From contig NC_043010.1 of assembly GCF_006345805.1 (NCBI RefSeq), positions 43,214,001 to 43,278,000 of the forward strand: 64,000 nt of DNA. Reading direction: 5' to 3'. Of this stretch, positions 51,975-64,000 are shown in pieces (the stretch's first letter is position 1; each line of letters begins with the position of its first letter). This stretch comes from Octopus sinensis (taxonomy: Eukaryota). Both the position numbers and the translations under genes were made by a program. The notes beneath the pieces were generated by a model. That model made no database searches. It was not told where the DNA came from and was given only the letters and a program-made list of their open reading frames with translations.

Positions 51975-52049
51975 TTCGAGGCACAGACGAGCAGAGTTTA
52001 AAGAATTTATTCATAAATTTACAAGTTTGTATCAGTTAGAGATATAATA

Positions 52050-52550
52050 CAACAGAGACTGCGGCCATACTGGGACACCGCCTTGAATTTGTGAGTTTGT
52101 GCGTGTCTTTGTGTCTGAGTTTGTTCCCTCACCACCACTTGACAACCGGTGTTGGTGTGTTTGTGTCCCGTAACTTAGCAGTTCGGCAAAAGAGAATGAA
52201 TCGATCCCAGTATTTTTCTTTTAAGCCTGGTACTTATTCTACCGGTCCCTTTTGCCGAACTGCTAAATTACGGGACACAAACACACCAACACCGGTTGTC
52301 AAGTGGTGGTGAGGGAACAAACTCAGACACAAAGACACACACACATACTCACACACACACATACATACACACACACATACACACACACACACGCACAGGT
52401 TTTTCAATTACCTCTACGAAATCCACTCACAAGGTTTTGGTCGGCCCGAGGCTGCTGTAATGACACTTGCCCAAGGTGCCATGCAGTGGGACTGAACCTG
52501 GAGCCATGTGGTTTGGAATCAAGCTTCTTATCATATAGCCACACCAGCGT
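52050..52550 (-). mobile_element. SINE family B containing an internal inverted self-duplication
   Basis: Head at ~52545 and tail at 52055-52085. Arms 52103-52192 and 52249-52338 are reverse complements with one mismatch. Confidence 0.9.
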
Positions 52551-53277
52551 TCCAGGATAGATGGTGCTCACCAGTCGTAGTGAAGACAACCCATCTGGGA
52601 GAAGGAAATCTCAGAAATAAAAACCGGTCAACCGAGGGTACGCAACCAGCTGATTCTGCCAGCGTTCTGGCTTGCTTCAGTAGGTTCCGTTGAACCTCGT
52701 GGTGTGCAACCAGTTGAAGCGCTTGGTGCTGCCTTGTTGGTCTTTTCCTTTTTTTAATTTCTTTCTTCCCCACGAATGGTTTCAATACAGTTTTAGCAGA
52801 AAGATTTGGAAGAATTAGAAGAAAGTTCTCTGGTAATTTTCTTTTGTGTAAATAAATGTTTGTGTTAATTTAAGAATTTGCCAACAAAATCTTATAAAAT
52901 GACAATGTTCTAAAAATGTACATGTTTATTTGTTATATATGAAAATCTGAATCTATAAAAGGCATGATGTGTGTGTGTGTGTGTGTGTGGTGTGTGTGTG
53001 TGTGTGTGTATGTGTGTGTGCGTGATTGTAATTTATGCACGTCCACAAATTAGCACGCATGTCACTCCAATTTTAGGAGGACATTCGTCAACATCCTACC
53101 TGGGTTTTGTCAACTTATTTTTTTCTCAAGGTACCCGCGGATAGCGGTAAAAATCTATTTTCAGCCATAGCTTTTACCAATTTTGAAGGTTGAGAACATT
53201 AATTAAGTCCCTTCTAGCCATAGCCAAGCGAAAGTGTGTGTATGAGGAAGAAAGAGAAGTTGTGTGTTGATGTATGT

Positions 53278-53359
<82 letters not shown>

Positions 53360-54189
53360 GAGAGAGAGTGTTTCGCAACGTCTAACAAAAATAGTAAAGA
53401 AAAAGTATGTGTAAAAAAAAAGAAAACAAGATAAAGAAAAGTGGAAGAGAGGCAGAGGATTTGACAGCGTCTAACAAAAAAAAAAAGGTAAAGACAAAGT
53501 GAGAAACAGAAAGAGGGGGAGAGTAAATGTCAGCGTTCATAAAAAATAAAATGTAAAATGTTTTGTTTTTTCTTAAACACGAGATATAGTGTTCAAATTT
53601 AGGATGTTTTTGAAAGATACTATACTTTATAATCAGAGTATATATACTTTCTCATACAACGATTACAATATATATATTTAAAATCATTTATTTATTTTAA
53701 ATCATTCATCTTTCTCCTCCCTCTCTCTTTCACACACATTACTTTGGGTGCAAAAGAGTTTTGTTCTTATTTTACGCCGAGTAAAAAAGTGTTTTGTTGA
53801 CAATCCATTTATTTAACAACAAAGAAACAAAGAGGTAGGTAACAGTTTATCAGTGAATTACACAATATAAATGGGTACGATTTCCGGGGCTTCCACCACA
53901 CTCCACTCCGTTTCACGGACCTCAAAAAGTGTTTTGTAGCATATTAGGAGGCCAGAGTAGTTGATTCCACGCAAAAACCCGATTTTTTTTCTTAGCGAAA
54001 ATCGTGCGACTGTTAATCTACAAATTTACCAGCATTTTTTTCCATTCATTTCTGTTTATGAACATGTATGCTTGCACAAAACATCCAATAGGTGTACGTA
54101 TGTGTGTTCGTGTGTGTTGCCCATATATATTTATATTATATTATATTATATTATATTATATTATATTATATTATATTATTATATTATAT

Positions 54190-54220
<31 letters not shown>

Positions 54221-54227
<7 letters not shown>

Positions 54228-54579
54228 CTGAAGTTGTCTGTGTATGGCAGGTTTGGTAGCCTTCAACTAACATGCAAGTTGACCAAAATTGAGAGTATGA
54301 TAGAAGAATGCTTGCTCTTCCTTCCGTAGAAGAAAAAATTCAAATCGGACCATGTTAACACCAAAAATTATTTACATCAAAAAGGTGCTTTTTTTCTATG
54401 AAAATCCCTAATTTTTATGATTTTTTTACTGCTGTATCGCCATTTTTTGGTGTATTTCAACCAGAAAAATGCTTACTTAAAGAGAATAACAAGCTACATA
54501 ATGCAAAATTTTTACTTTTCAAAAATTCCAATTCTAAAGGGTCGAAACAAAGCCGAGCAACGCCGGACGATACTGCTAG
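54221..54579 (+). mobile_element. Non-autonomous Helitron-like element; a second 3' end lies on the minus strand at 59965-60130
   Basis: 3' end gccgagcaacgccggacgatactgCTAG|t (GC-rich subterminal motif plus CTAG). The minus strand at 59965 reads gggcaacgacgggatactcagCTAG|t. Confidence 0.55.
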
Positions 54580-55738
54580 TAAACAATAAGTGTCGTTGAC
54601 AACTTCATGTGAACAACGTCCTGTTTCAAGGACGTGCAAAATATGTCATCTTATACTTGGAAAACGAAACAAGGACTGTTACCAGGAAGGGCAAGCAGGG
54701 AAAATGGACTAAAATGTAAGAAAAAAAATGTATGTATATATGCGTGCGCGCGCGCGCGCGTGTGTGTGTAACTACATGACTGGGATGAGAGAGAAGTCGA
54801 AAGTGACGATGAAGTTTGAATGATAATGACGCATCGTAGAAATGAATGAATGTAGAACAATTAATGAAGAACTATTGTAACGGGTCTGACTTCTCTTCAT
54901 GTCTCTTAAATATTCTGATAGTTGTTCTGCTTACATTACATTCTTTTACACTTTAGTAATTAAAAAAAAAAAATTTGATAATGTTTTATTTCCAAAGAAA
55001 TTGACTCTCTTGAAATTCGAACCTCTATTATTCAATCACAAAAATATTCCACAAAATATATTTGAAAAATTCAAGTGTTACTTTAGAATGTGGTGTAAGG
55101 CACTAATCGAAGAAGAAGAAAAATGAAAGTAAAATAAAAAAAAGATACAGAGATCTCGAAGGTGTATTTCAGAATACATAAAGTAAAAAGAAAAAAAAAT
55201 TCAACCAAAACTGTTCTGAAGTAAACTCGTGCAAAATTAGTATCGTGTAAAGCAATCCATTCATCCATCCGTCCGTCCGTCCGTCCGTCCGTCCGTCCGT
55301 CCATCCATCCATCCATCCGTCCGTCCGTCCGTCCGTCCACCCACCTACCCATCCGTCCGTCCGTCCGTCCGTCCGTCCATCCATCCATCCATCCATCCAT
55401 CCGGTTAAATTGTACCAACATTTCAAACATAGCAATTGATACTAATATGTAATGCTTATGTATCTAAGGTAATAAAGATTTTCCATATTGGTTATTTCAA
55501 GACATTCTTTATTCATAACAAATTTTCTAGGATATCATTTTCATTAAAAAAAAATTCTATTTTGCTTTGATGTATATCGCTTTAACAGTGGAAATGAATT
55601 ATTTCCTCTGAAAAATATAACGAAATTTCAAGCACTATTGTGAAAGATATTTAAATAACTAAATAGCAAAAAAAAAAAAAAAAAGAAAGAAAAAAAAGAC
55701 ATTTATAATACAGGGTAAAATATATTGGAAAACAAATA

Positions 55739-58075
55739 CAGTGATAACTCGTAGTACGAGTTTAATTCGTTCAGTGATCGAGCTCGTCTTACGATTTACA
55801 CGTTTTAAAAATCAATTTTCCCAATTGAAATTAACTAGAATATAATTAATCCGTTTCAGCCACCCCTTCACCCCCCAAACCACTCGAAAATAATATTTTA
55901 TGGGTTTTAAAACAGAAAAGGTGTAGTTACAAGTAAAATGACAATTATAAAAAGAAAATGCAAAAGAGATGTAAACTAACTTTATTAACTGAATTGCCTT
56001 AAAGATGCGGCGAATTGTGCGCGAGGAAGACGATGGAACGGGGAGGATGATTACTGTTTGGAAGGAGATTCTCTTTCTATTAAGACTTCAGGAAGAACAA
56101 TTTCTGGTGTTTTCTCTCTTACTTCGCTTAATTTAGGCTTTTTTGGACACACTTTCTTCACTTGCAGGCCGTTTCATTAGAAACATATCAAGAGAAGTCT
56201 GCTTTTTCCTGCCTTTCAAAATGTTGCGCAAATGCATCATATCAGAGTCATTAAATTAAGCAGCTGCACGACCTGTAGCTACTTTTTCAGGATGATGATT
56301 ATCTACAAATTCAGAAACATTACTGTCACTTTGCCAACTCTGCCTTTATGTCAATTGTAGAGATAGCATTCTCTGCTACACTGTCCTCTTCTAGGGAACC
56401 AATCTCTTCCACTGCATCCAAATGCTGCTGCTCCTGAAGCTGCAGGAGTTCATCTGTCATCAGCTCCTCTGAGTGTTCCTCGACGAGATCGTTAATATCC
56501 CCATCATCAAACTCGATGCCCATGGACTTGCCAAGAGATACTATCTCCTCGACTACAGGTGTCTCAAACTCAAACTCCCTCGAAGTCTTTTTTGGATACG
56601 CAGTAAGGTCACAGTTTCTTCCATGCAGAATTCAGCGTTCTCCTTGTTCCATCCTGCCAGGCCATATTGATGATTTTCAGGCAGTTTACAATGTTGTAGT
56701 GCTCCTTCCGAAACTCACGAAGGGTTAGATTTGTATTTTTGGTGACTTCAAAGAACCGATGAAACAGGTATTTGGTGTACAATTTCTTAACATTTGAAAT
56801 CACCAGTTGGCCTACGGGCTGCAAGAAAGGGGTGGTGGTGGTGTTGTGAGAAAGGTATAGAACCTTTATAAATTTTAATTCGTCCAGGATGACATCTCCA
56901 AAGTTAGGAGGGTGAGCAGGAGCATTGTCGAGGATGAGTAGGGCCTTGAGAGGAAGATTGTTTTCCAGAAGGTACTATTTCACTACTGGTCCGATGATAG
57001 GGTCGACCCGTTCAGAGAAGAATTGTCTGGTGACCCAGGCTTTAACGTTTGTCCTCCACATGACTAGCAGCTTCTCCTTCATGATTTTGTGCATCGTGAA
57101 CGCTCGTGGGTTTTAGGAATGGCTTAATCTTCAAGTCTCCACTTGCATTAGCTCAAAGGGCGAAAGTTAACCTCTCTTTCATAGGCTTGTGACTTGGCAT
57201 TTTCTTCCCTTCTGCAGTTATGTAGGTTCTTTCTTAAAAAAAAAAAGGCCAGTTTCATCACAGTTGAATACCTGTTGTGCGATGTACCCCACGGCTGCGA
57301 TGAGGAGACGGAATTCACGCTCGAAATCTGCAGCTGCTTTTCCATACCTGACAACACTATGAACACCAGTCCTCTTCTTGAAATTGTCAAACCAGCCCGC
57401 TTCCCTGGCCTTAAATGCGTCGATGTTTCAGGGTTCTGCTTCAGTAGATCCCCATATAGCGCTCGTGCTTTCTCACAGATGATGATCTCCTTAATCGCAT
57501 CCCCTGCGAGTTGCTTCTCGTTGATCCACAGGAGAAGCAATTTTTCTATCTTTTCGTGGACAGGAGACACTCCTTGCTGTTGTAACGTCCTTGACCTCGT
57601 CCTTTTTCTTCAGGATGGTGCACATCGTCTACGTGCTTCGGTCGTATTTACGTGCTATGTCCACTACATGCACTCCTCTCTCATGTTTATCAATTATTTC
57701 CTTCTTCAATTCTATCGCAATCAGTTTTTTCTTCTTCTCAGCACTATCCTTCGCACTAACCTTTTTAGGACCCATGGCTAACACAACTAATTATTATAAG
57801 ATGATAGCCAAAAATGCACAAAACCAGACAAAAATACTGGGAAAAGCATAACAGGTGCTTCCACAACGAGATAAACACGTGAACTGAGCGAGCGAGCGGA
57901 GACTGCGCCTGTTAGGAGTGCGTACGCGAGCCCAGTGCCGACTAGCGGTCGCTTGTACGAAACTCGATCCTACTGCAGATTTCCGCTCGTACTTCAAGAC
58001 AAAAATTCGCACGGATCTCGGCTCGTACAGCAAATTACTCGTACAATGGTGCACTCGTACTGCGAGGTTCTACTG
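55739..58075 (-). mobile_element. Tigger/pogo DNA transposon, full length (~2.34 kb), with a frameshifted transposase
   Basis: TA|CAGTGATAACTCGTAGTACGAG and CTCGTACTGCGAGGTTCTACTG|TA termini. Translated segments MGPKK...ELKKEII, EKLLLLWINEKQLAGD (CENP-B HTH), LLILDNAPAHP and LQPVGQLVISNVKKLY. Confidence 0.92.
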
Positions 58076-59775
58076 TACCTCAAAATAAAATTTTAAAAAA
58101 AGGAGTCGAAAAGAAGGAAAATAACAAAATTTGAAGAATAACGCATATGTTCACATTAAATGTACGTATGTATGTGTGTATGCGTACGCTTCTGACCCAT
58201 GTAATTTTGAAGATATGCTACGAAGATATGCTCTTTGTAAGCTTTTATTCAGTTAGCTACCATTTGTAATTGGAAGCTTGTTATTTTAATTTCCAGATGT
58301 AGTCAGTTAATTTCATTGTACTTCTCTTCCGAAATATAGTTGTTAAATTTTATTTGAACTTTATTCAGTCATAGCTATGTGTTATTTATATGCCATGTAA
58401 AGGTTTGACTTTATGGAACTAACCTCTGCTTTGCAAATGATGGCTTCTCCATTGCAAAATATTTAGTGGGTATGAATTGGTGTTCGTGTCTGAGCATATT
58501 GCAAGAGTATTTTTTTTTTGAAGAGATATATCCGATAATATGCTTTACATGTGGTACAGCCATAGCTTAATGTAAGTTTGCCTGTTGAATATTTTTCTGG
58601 ACTTAAACTTAATTGAAATGTGCTTATAAAGGTTAGAAAAGTTTCATGATATTATTTTTAATAAAGTGAAACGGAGTGTGTGAACCATATGAAATTCCAG
58701 GATCTTTTCTAAAATGGGCAGAGTTAGGAGAGGATAATTTTGTTCTTGAATCTTAAAATTAGTTAAACACTATTGTAGTATGAAGTTAAAAACTAGGGTT
58801 TCCTGGCATGTATTATGGTATTGATGTAATTATTTTCTGTTATAATTCTCAACAGTTGACAATGCTATACATAACGAATGACTGTATCCGTCCTCTGTTC
58901 TCTTGTCTGCTGTTTTTCATCTAGCATGTGTCTGCTGTTCTTAGAATAGTCCCTTTTTTAAAAAATATAACTCAAGAAAAACTCTGATTGGAGAACTGTG
59001 ATGACGTCATCACTCGAAAATCTGGCAATTGCTTACTGACAATTTTGCATGTTAGATTTGTACTGACATCATCACTCAATGTGTCAAAATTTTAGTTATT
59101 ATTATCAGTGAATTTCCTGGTAATATAAACAAGTCCCGGATTCAAATCAAAGTGCAAATTGCTACAGCAGTTACATTTCAAAACATCTAAAAATTGGCTC
59201 AGTCAATCTTGTTCTGCTTATGACGTGACTTGTTTTCAATAACATTCTCAACCAATTGATAATCATCCACTTGTAATGCAATTTGATTTTGGTGCATTCT
59301 CTCCTAGGAATGCTACTTCCTTCTGGATCCTACTTGTGATTTAAACGGACGTAGTTCACTAAATGGCGGACTCGCTTTCCTTGCTGAAATTCACATCAAT
59401 CAGCGGGACACTTCACAATTTCTGTTTGCTTACTTATTGAATATTCTTTATGATAAATATTTTTCCAGCTTGTTTCATGTAATAGTTTCCGTTACATGCA
59501 TTTTGTTAATAATGAGCTATCTTTTGATACCACGAACGATTTTGTTTTCTGACCTGGAAACTGCGCGAGAACTTTAATTTAAGGGAAATGTAAATAAGCA
59601 TCTATTTTTATGTTGGAATCAGTTTTTATATAATACATGGAAGAAGAATAATTTTACAAAGTCAACAAGTATCGAAAACTAAGTTTTTTCTCTTTTACTT
59701 AATACCGGGAAAAACTGTTATGTCGAAGCCTCAAAGAATGAAACATATACATACATACATACATACATACATGCA

Positions 59776-59807
<32 letters not shown>

Positions 59808-60183
59808 CATACCTACATACATACATACATACATACATACATACATACATACATACATACATGCATACATACATACACGCATGCGCGCGAGTGTAATATA
59901 TATATGTACACTCACACACACACACACACAAACACACACAAACACACACAAACATACACACTAACTAGCTGAGTATCCCGTCGTTGCCCAGTAATTTTTG
60001 CAATGAAATGCCTTGGCGGACATTCGGAATAGCACATCCATACACGTGGGATTTTCTCCGTTTTGATGGGGATGGGGGTGTTTCAATTTTGTTTTTCCAC
60101 GTCCTTACAAATGATAGGGGGAAGTATTTTGTTTAAAAAAAAACAAAACAAAACAAAACAAAAAAAAAAAAAAACTGGAAAAT

Positions 60184-60892
60184 AGGCGCTGGTGTGACTG
60201 TGTGATAAGAAGCCTGCTTCCTAACTACATGGTTCCGGGCACCTTGGGCAAATGTTTCCTACTATAACCTCGAACCAACAAAAGCCTTGTGAGTGGATTT
60301 GATAGACAAAAACTGAAAGAAGCCGGTTGGATATATGTGTATGTGTGTTTGTGTCTGTATTTGTCCCCCCAACCACTGCTTGACAAATGGTGTTGGTGTG
60401 TTTACATCCCCGTAACTTAGCGGTTCGGCAAAAAGTGACCAATTGAATAAGTACCAGGCTTAACAAAAAAATTGAGAACTAGGGTCGATTCATTCGACTA
60501 AAAATTCTCTGAGGTAGTGCTCCAGCATGGCCGCAATGCTATGACTGAAACAAGTAAAAGATAAACTCTATGAATCTCCCCTTCCGCACTTCCGTATACC
60601 TGGTCAAAATGTTACCGACGAGCTTTTGCGCTGATCACTGGACTTGGTAATATTTCAGGCGGCGAGCTGGCAGAATCGTTAGCTCGGAAGGCGAAATGCT
60701 TAGCGGCATTTCGTACGTCCTCACGTTCTCTGTTCAAATTCCGCCGAAGTCGACTTTACTTTTTTATTCTTTTACTTGTAAGCCTTGTACTTATTCTATC
60801 GGCCTCTTTTGCCGAAGCGCTAAGTTACGGGGGCGTAAATACACCAGCATCGGTTGTCAAGCGATGTTGGGGGGACAAACACAGACACACAA

Positions 60893-60947
<55 letters not shown>

Positions 60948-61112
60948 CGACGGGCTTCTTTCAGTTTCTGTCTACCAAATCCACTCACAAGGCTTTGGTC
61001 GGCGCGAGGCTATAGTAGAAGACACTTGCCCAAGGTGCCACGCAGTGGAACTGAACCCGGAACCATGTGGTTCGTAAGTTAGCTAACCCAACCCTAATCA
61101 CACAGCCACTTT
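60184..61112. mobile_element. Convergent pair of SINE B copies (60184-60565 +, 60775-61112 -) enclosing a SINE A 5' part (60657-60775 +)
   Basis: The family B head, core and tail are recognisable in opposite orientations. Confidence 0.85.
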
Positions 61113-61704
61113 CAGTATCAATAAAATAAGTACTAGTTGAGTACTGGCTTGATGATTACATCGACTTACTCAGCCCCCAAAACTGCTGGCCTTGTGCAAA
61201 ATTTTGAAATGAATATCGATGACTTTAGAATTGGAAACGTTTAGACCTTTTTATACTGGAGGTAAATATACAGTCCGGATTCTCTCGGTGATGATAAAAC
61301 TCGGAACGGAAAAGAAATGGAAAGATATAACATTTTCCAGGAGAAAAAGAAGAGTTGCCTCCCATGAAATTCATTCCACTTCTTAATTAAAGTGTTCTTT
61401 TTTTTTTTCCTGACTTATGGGTAAGTAACTGATCATTTATGTGTGCGCGAGTGGGTGTGTTGATGATTATTCAGCAGCACGGTCGTTGACATCTAGTATG
61501 GTTGATATATAAATCGACCAGGAACAGATTAGCCTATTTACATATCAACAAGATATGCCTTAGAAAAGTAGTGAAAGACACCTTCAGCGTCTTCTACAGA
61601 AGGAATATAAGCTAAATATCTACCAAGAGTTATGTCAGGTATATTAGTAGATAGATGCTGGTTTAGTTTAGCTAAGCGAGATATTAATATTACACAAGAT
61701 TAAA

Positions 61705-61900
61705 GCGGCGAGCCGGCAGAATCGTTAGCAAACTGAGCAAAATGCTTAGCGGCATTTCATACATCTTTATGTTGTGAGTTCAAATTCCGCCGAGGTCGAC
61801 TTTGCCTTTCATCCTTTCGGGGTCGAGTAATGGGGTCGATGTAATCACATTACTCCGTCCCCCGAAATTGCTGGCCTAGTGCCAAAATTTGAGATCAATG
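61705..61900 (+). mobile_element. SINE family A, full head
   Basis: gcggcgagccggcagaatcgttagc...gagttcaaattccgccgaggtcgactttgcctttcatcctttcggggtcga. Confidence 0.9.
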
Positions 61901-62170
61901 TTACACAAGATTAATGCGAAGGTGCGTGGTTAGAGTTGTTGTACTCATGATCGTGAGACCGTGGTTTTGTTCTTCAGTGAAATACCAGTTCCCGTTGCTC
62001 CAGTCCACTTAGCTGTAAATGGGTAACCCTGCGGTAGACTAGCCTCCCGATTAGGAAGAAATGTTGGTTTGCTCACCTAGCCAGCGGGGTGGCATCGTTT
62101 GAAAGCTAAAACGATGCGAAGTGCATTGTGACCAACAACGTGTAACAATATCTGTCTGTCAGTCTTGCGT

Positions 62171-62215
<45 letters not shown>

Positions 62216-62539
62216 AAGAGAAAGAGAGAGAGAATGGGGTAAGTGGAATTAGATGGACTTCGTTTGATACTAATAAAGAAACTGAAAGAGAATCTTTTGT
62301 ATTTGTTCTCATCTTTAAAATCCTCACTTGTTTCAAAGAATTTAATTTGTTTAGTAAATACTTCGGTCAGAGTAGAAAGTGATCGGAGTTGGACAAGAAA
62401 TAATTCACATGTTTCAATACGTACAAAGTGCTTGGGTTAAATTTGACTGTTTATATAAAAAGAAAAGAAAACCAATATCTCGCCGGAAAATAAAAGTATT
62501 TTTAAAAAATCAAAAAAATGCCAAGCAGATTAGGTTGAG

Positions 62540-62970
62540 AGATAACAGTTTACTCAAAGTAGCTGCCTTCAGCTCCCACCATGGCCTCAACACAACTCCA
62601 GAACTTATTGCATGCATTCCTCATTATGTCCCTGGTTTCAATCTCCCTTGATCTTGGCCTCCGACTCGGCCTTCGTACAGTAGGTAGAGCAGTTGTTTCC
62701 TTTTTCTATCGCGCACCACACATTGTAATCAATGGGATTACAATCGGGGGAATCAGGAAGCCAGAAATAGGGGCTAGTGAAGTCGTAGAAATTCTCTAAC
62801 AATCACTTCGAACCCTTTCCGGCGGTATGGCAAGGAAGGAATCCTGCTACCATACATGTGGCCTTCCAGCAGCAACCCTCTCCAGCCAGGGTTTGACCAG
62901 TTTCCAGCAGCTTCACATAGACGTCTGAATTGAGCCTAAGACCCTATCCTACAGTTGATGGATGAACTCC
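62540..62970 (-). pseudogene. maT/DD37D-type transposase C-terminal remnant
   Basis: GLRLNSDVYVKLL...PCHTAGK...LENFYDFTSPYFWLPDSPDCNPIDYNVW. Confidence 0.8.
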
Positions 62971-63613
62971 AGTGTGCAGACTCAGTCAAAACGCCTGCCG
63001 TATCCCTTCCGGGAATCAGCCAAACTTTACCTGCTAGAAATAGCAACCCAAATACTTTTAAATCAGATCCCAATGCTGAATGTTCAAGAACCAAATGAAG
63101 GGCAGATTTTCAATCCCTGGATCATCCTGATTCCAAAAAGGTATAATATGTCTATGTAGAGCAAATGTAGACTGAGATACAGGGGTCCCAGACGGACAGA
63201 ATTTCACTTTTATTTTTATAGATAGTATTTCTATGTAATGACATATCTGTTTGGCAAATATTGTTTATCTTCCCACATGTTACTTTAAACGTAACCGACG
63301 AAGAAATCGGTTCGCTCACTTCTCTAAAACCAACCATTCTTCATCTCAAGCTGTTGCAAAAAAAAAAAACAAAAAAATAATAAGATCTATAGAAAATGTC
63401 AGTTTCAAAACCTGAAAAAAACATCAGCGCCAAGTTCAGTGAATATGACATTAAAAGGATAGTTTGTCTATTTTCTCTCTACACTTGATTAGTATTACAC
63501 TGAGTCTCCTGATCAATTGAAAGGGAAGCGTCCATCTAATCCTTTATATGATAGTGCACGCAATCATATAAAGGATTAGAAGGGAGTTTCTCTTTCAAGG
63601 GAAGCATCCTTTC

Positions 63614-63820
63614 AAGTGGGTGCTGCAAAGATGCTGGCTTTGAGTAAAAGAAAATACAGGACGAATAGTAAATTATGATTTTATTTCACATATTCACCCC
63701 TCAGATTCACACACTTATTACAGCAGTCCTTTAGTTTTTCTAACCCCTGAAATAACTTAGAAGGTTGGACCTTTCGCAATACCCCCAAAACCAGGAACTT
63801 TGCAGCTACTCCTCCCCTCG
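63614..63820 (-). mobile_element. Small mariner-derived MITE
   Basis: Imperfect TIRs (gtgggtgctgcaaagatgctggcttt and aaaccaggaactttgcagctactcc) around the mariner C-terminal remnant GLEKLKDCCNKCVNLRGEYVK*. Confidence 0.55.
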
Positions 63821-64000
63821 TACAATGGCCCGGTACCATCGGTCTACGTCGAAGGTGCATTTATCATCAGTTTCCTACACCACTCTTTGAAATTCGTGCC
63901 TGTTCAGATCGGGCTTGACACTAAATTGAGAGACAAAGCAGCGACAATGATATTGGTGAGCATTCTTAATGAAGCCCCACAAGGCAATCCTGAATTTCTA

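Noticed and set aside
52055-52085. 5S rRNA-like start (gcggccatac)
   Set aside because: It is the reverse complement of the SINE B tail (gtatggccgcagtc).

Overview
AT-rich, repeat-dense animal genomic DNA. It is most likely an octopus or another coleoid cephalopod; this is inferred from the SINE families, the (TA)n/(CA)n microsatellite load and the style of C2H2 gene. Only two host genes are well supported. One is a single-ORF 624-aa protein on the minus strand (20335-22209) with nine tandem C2H2 zinc fingers. The other is a U1 snRNA gene (39100-39262) that keeps compensatory stem changes but has a non-consensus Sm site and an altered U1-70K loop. The rest is mostly decayed, often nested mobile DNA: mariner, Tc1, Tigger, maT, MULE and Helitron remnants, Tx1-like, RTE and REL-type LINEs, solo LTRs, at least three SINE families, and palindromic MITEs. 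One MITE has an 8-bp TSD and carries a near-full-length RTE LINE with its own TSD. The most notable oddities are the variant U1, Cys at helix position +6 in 8 of 9 fingers plus decayed N-terminal half-fingers, a head-to-tail SINE tetramer, a SINE with a self-derived 90-bp hairpin, and the same MITE+SINE arrangement occurring twice. No new biological system can be established from sequence alone. Repeat boundaries are read by eye and are approximate unless a TIR or TSD is quoted.
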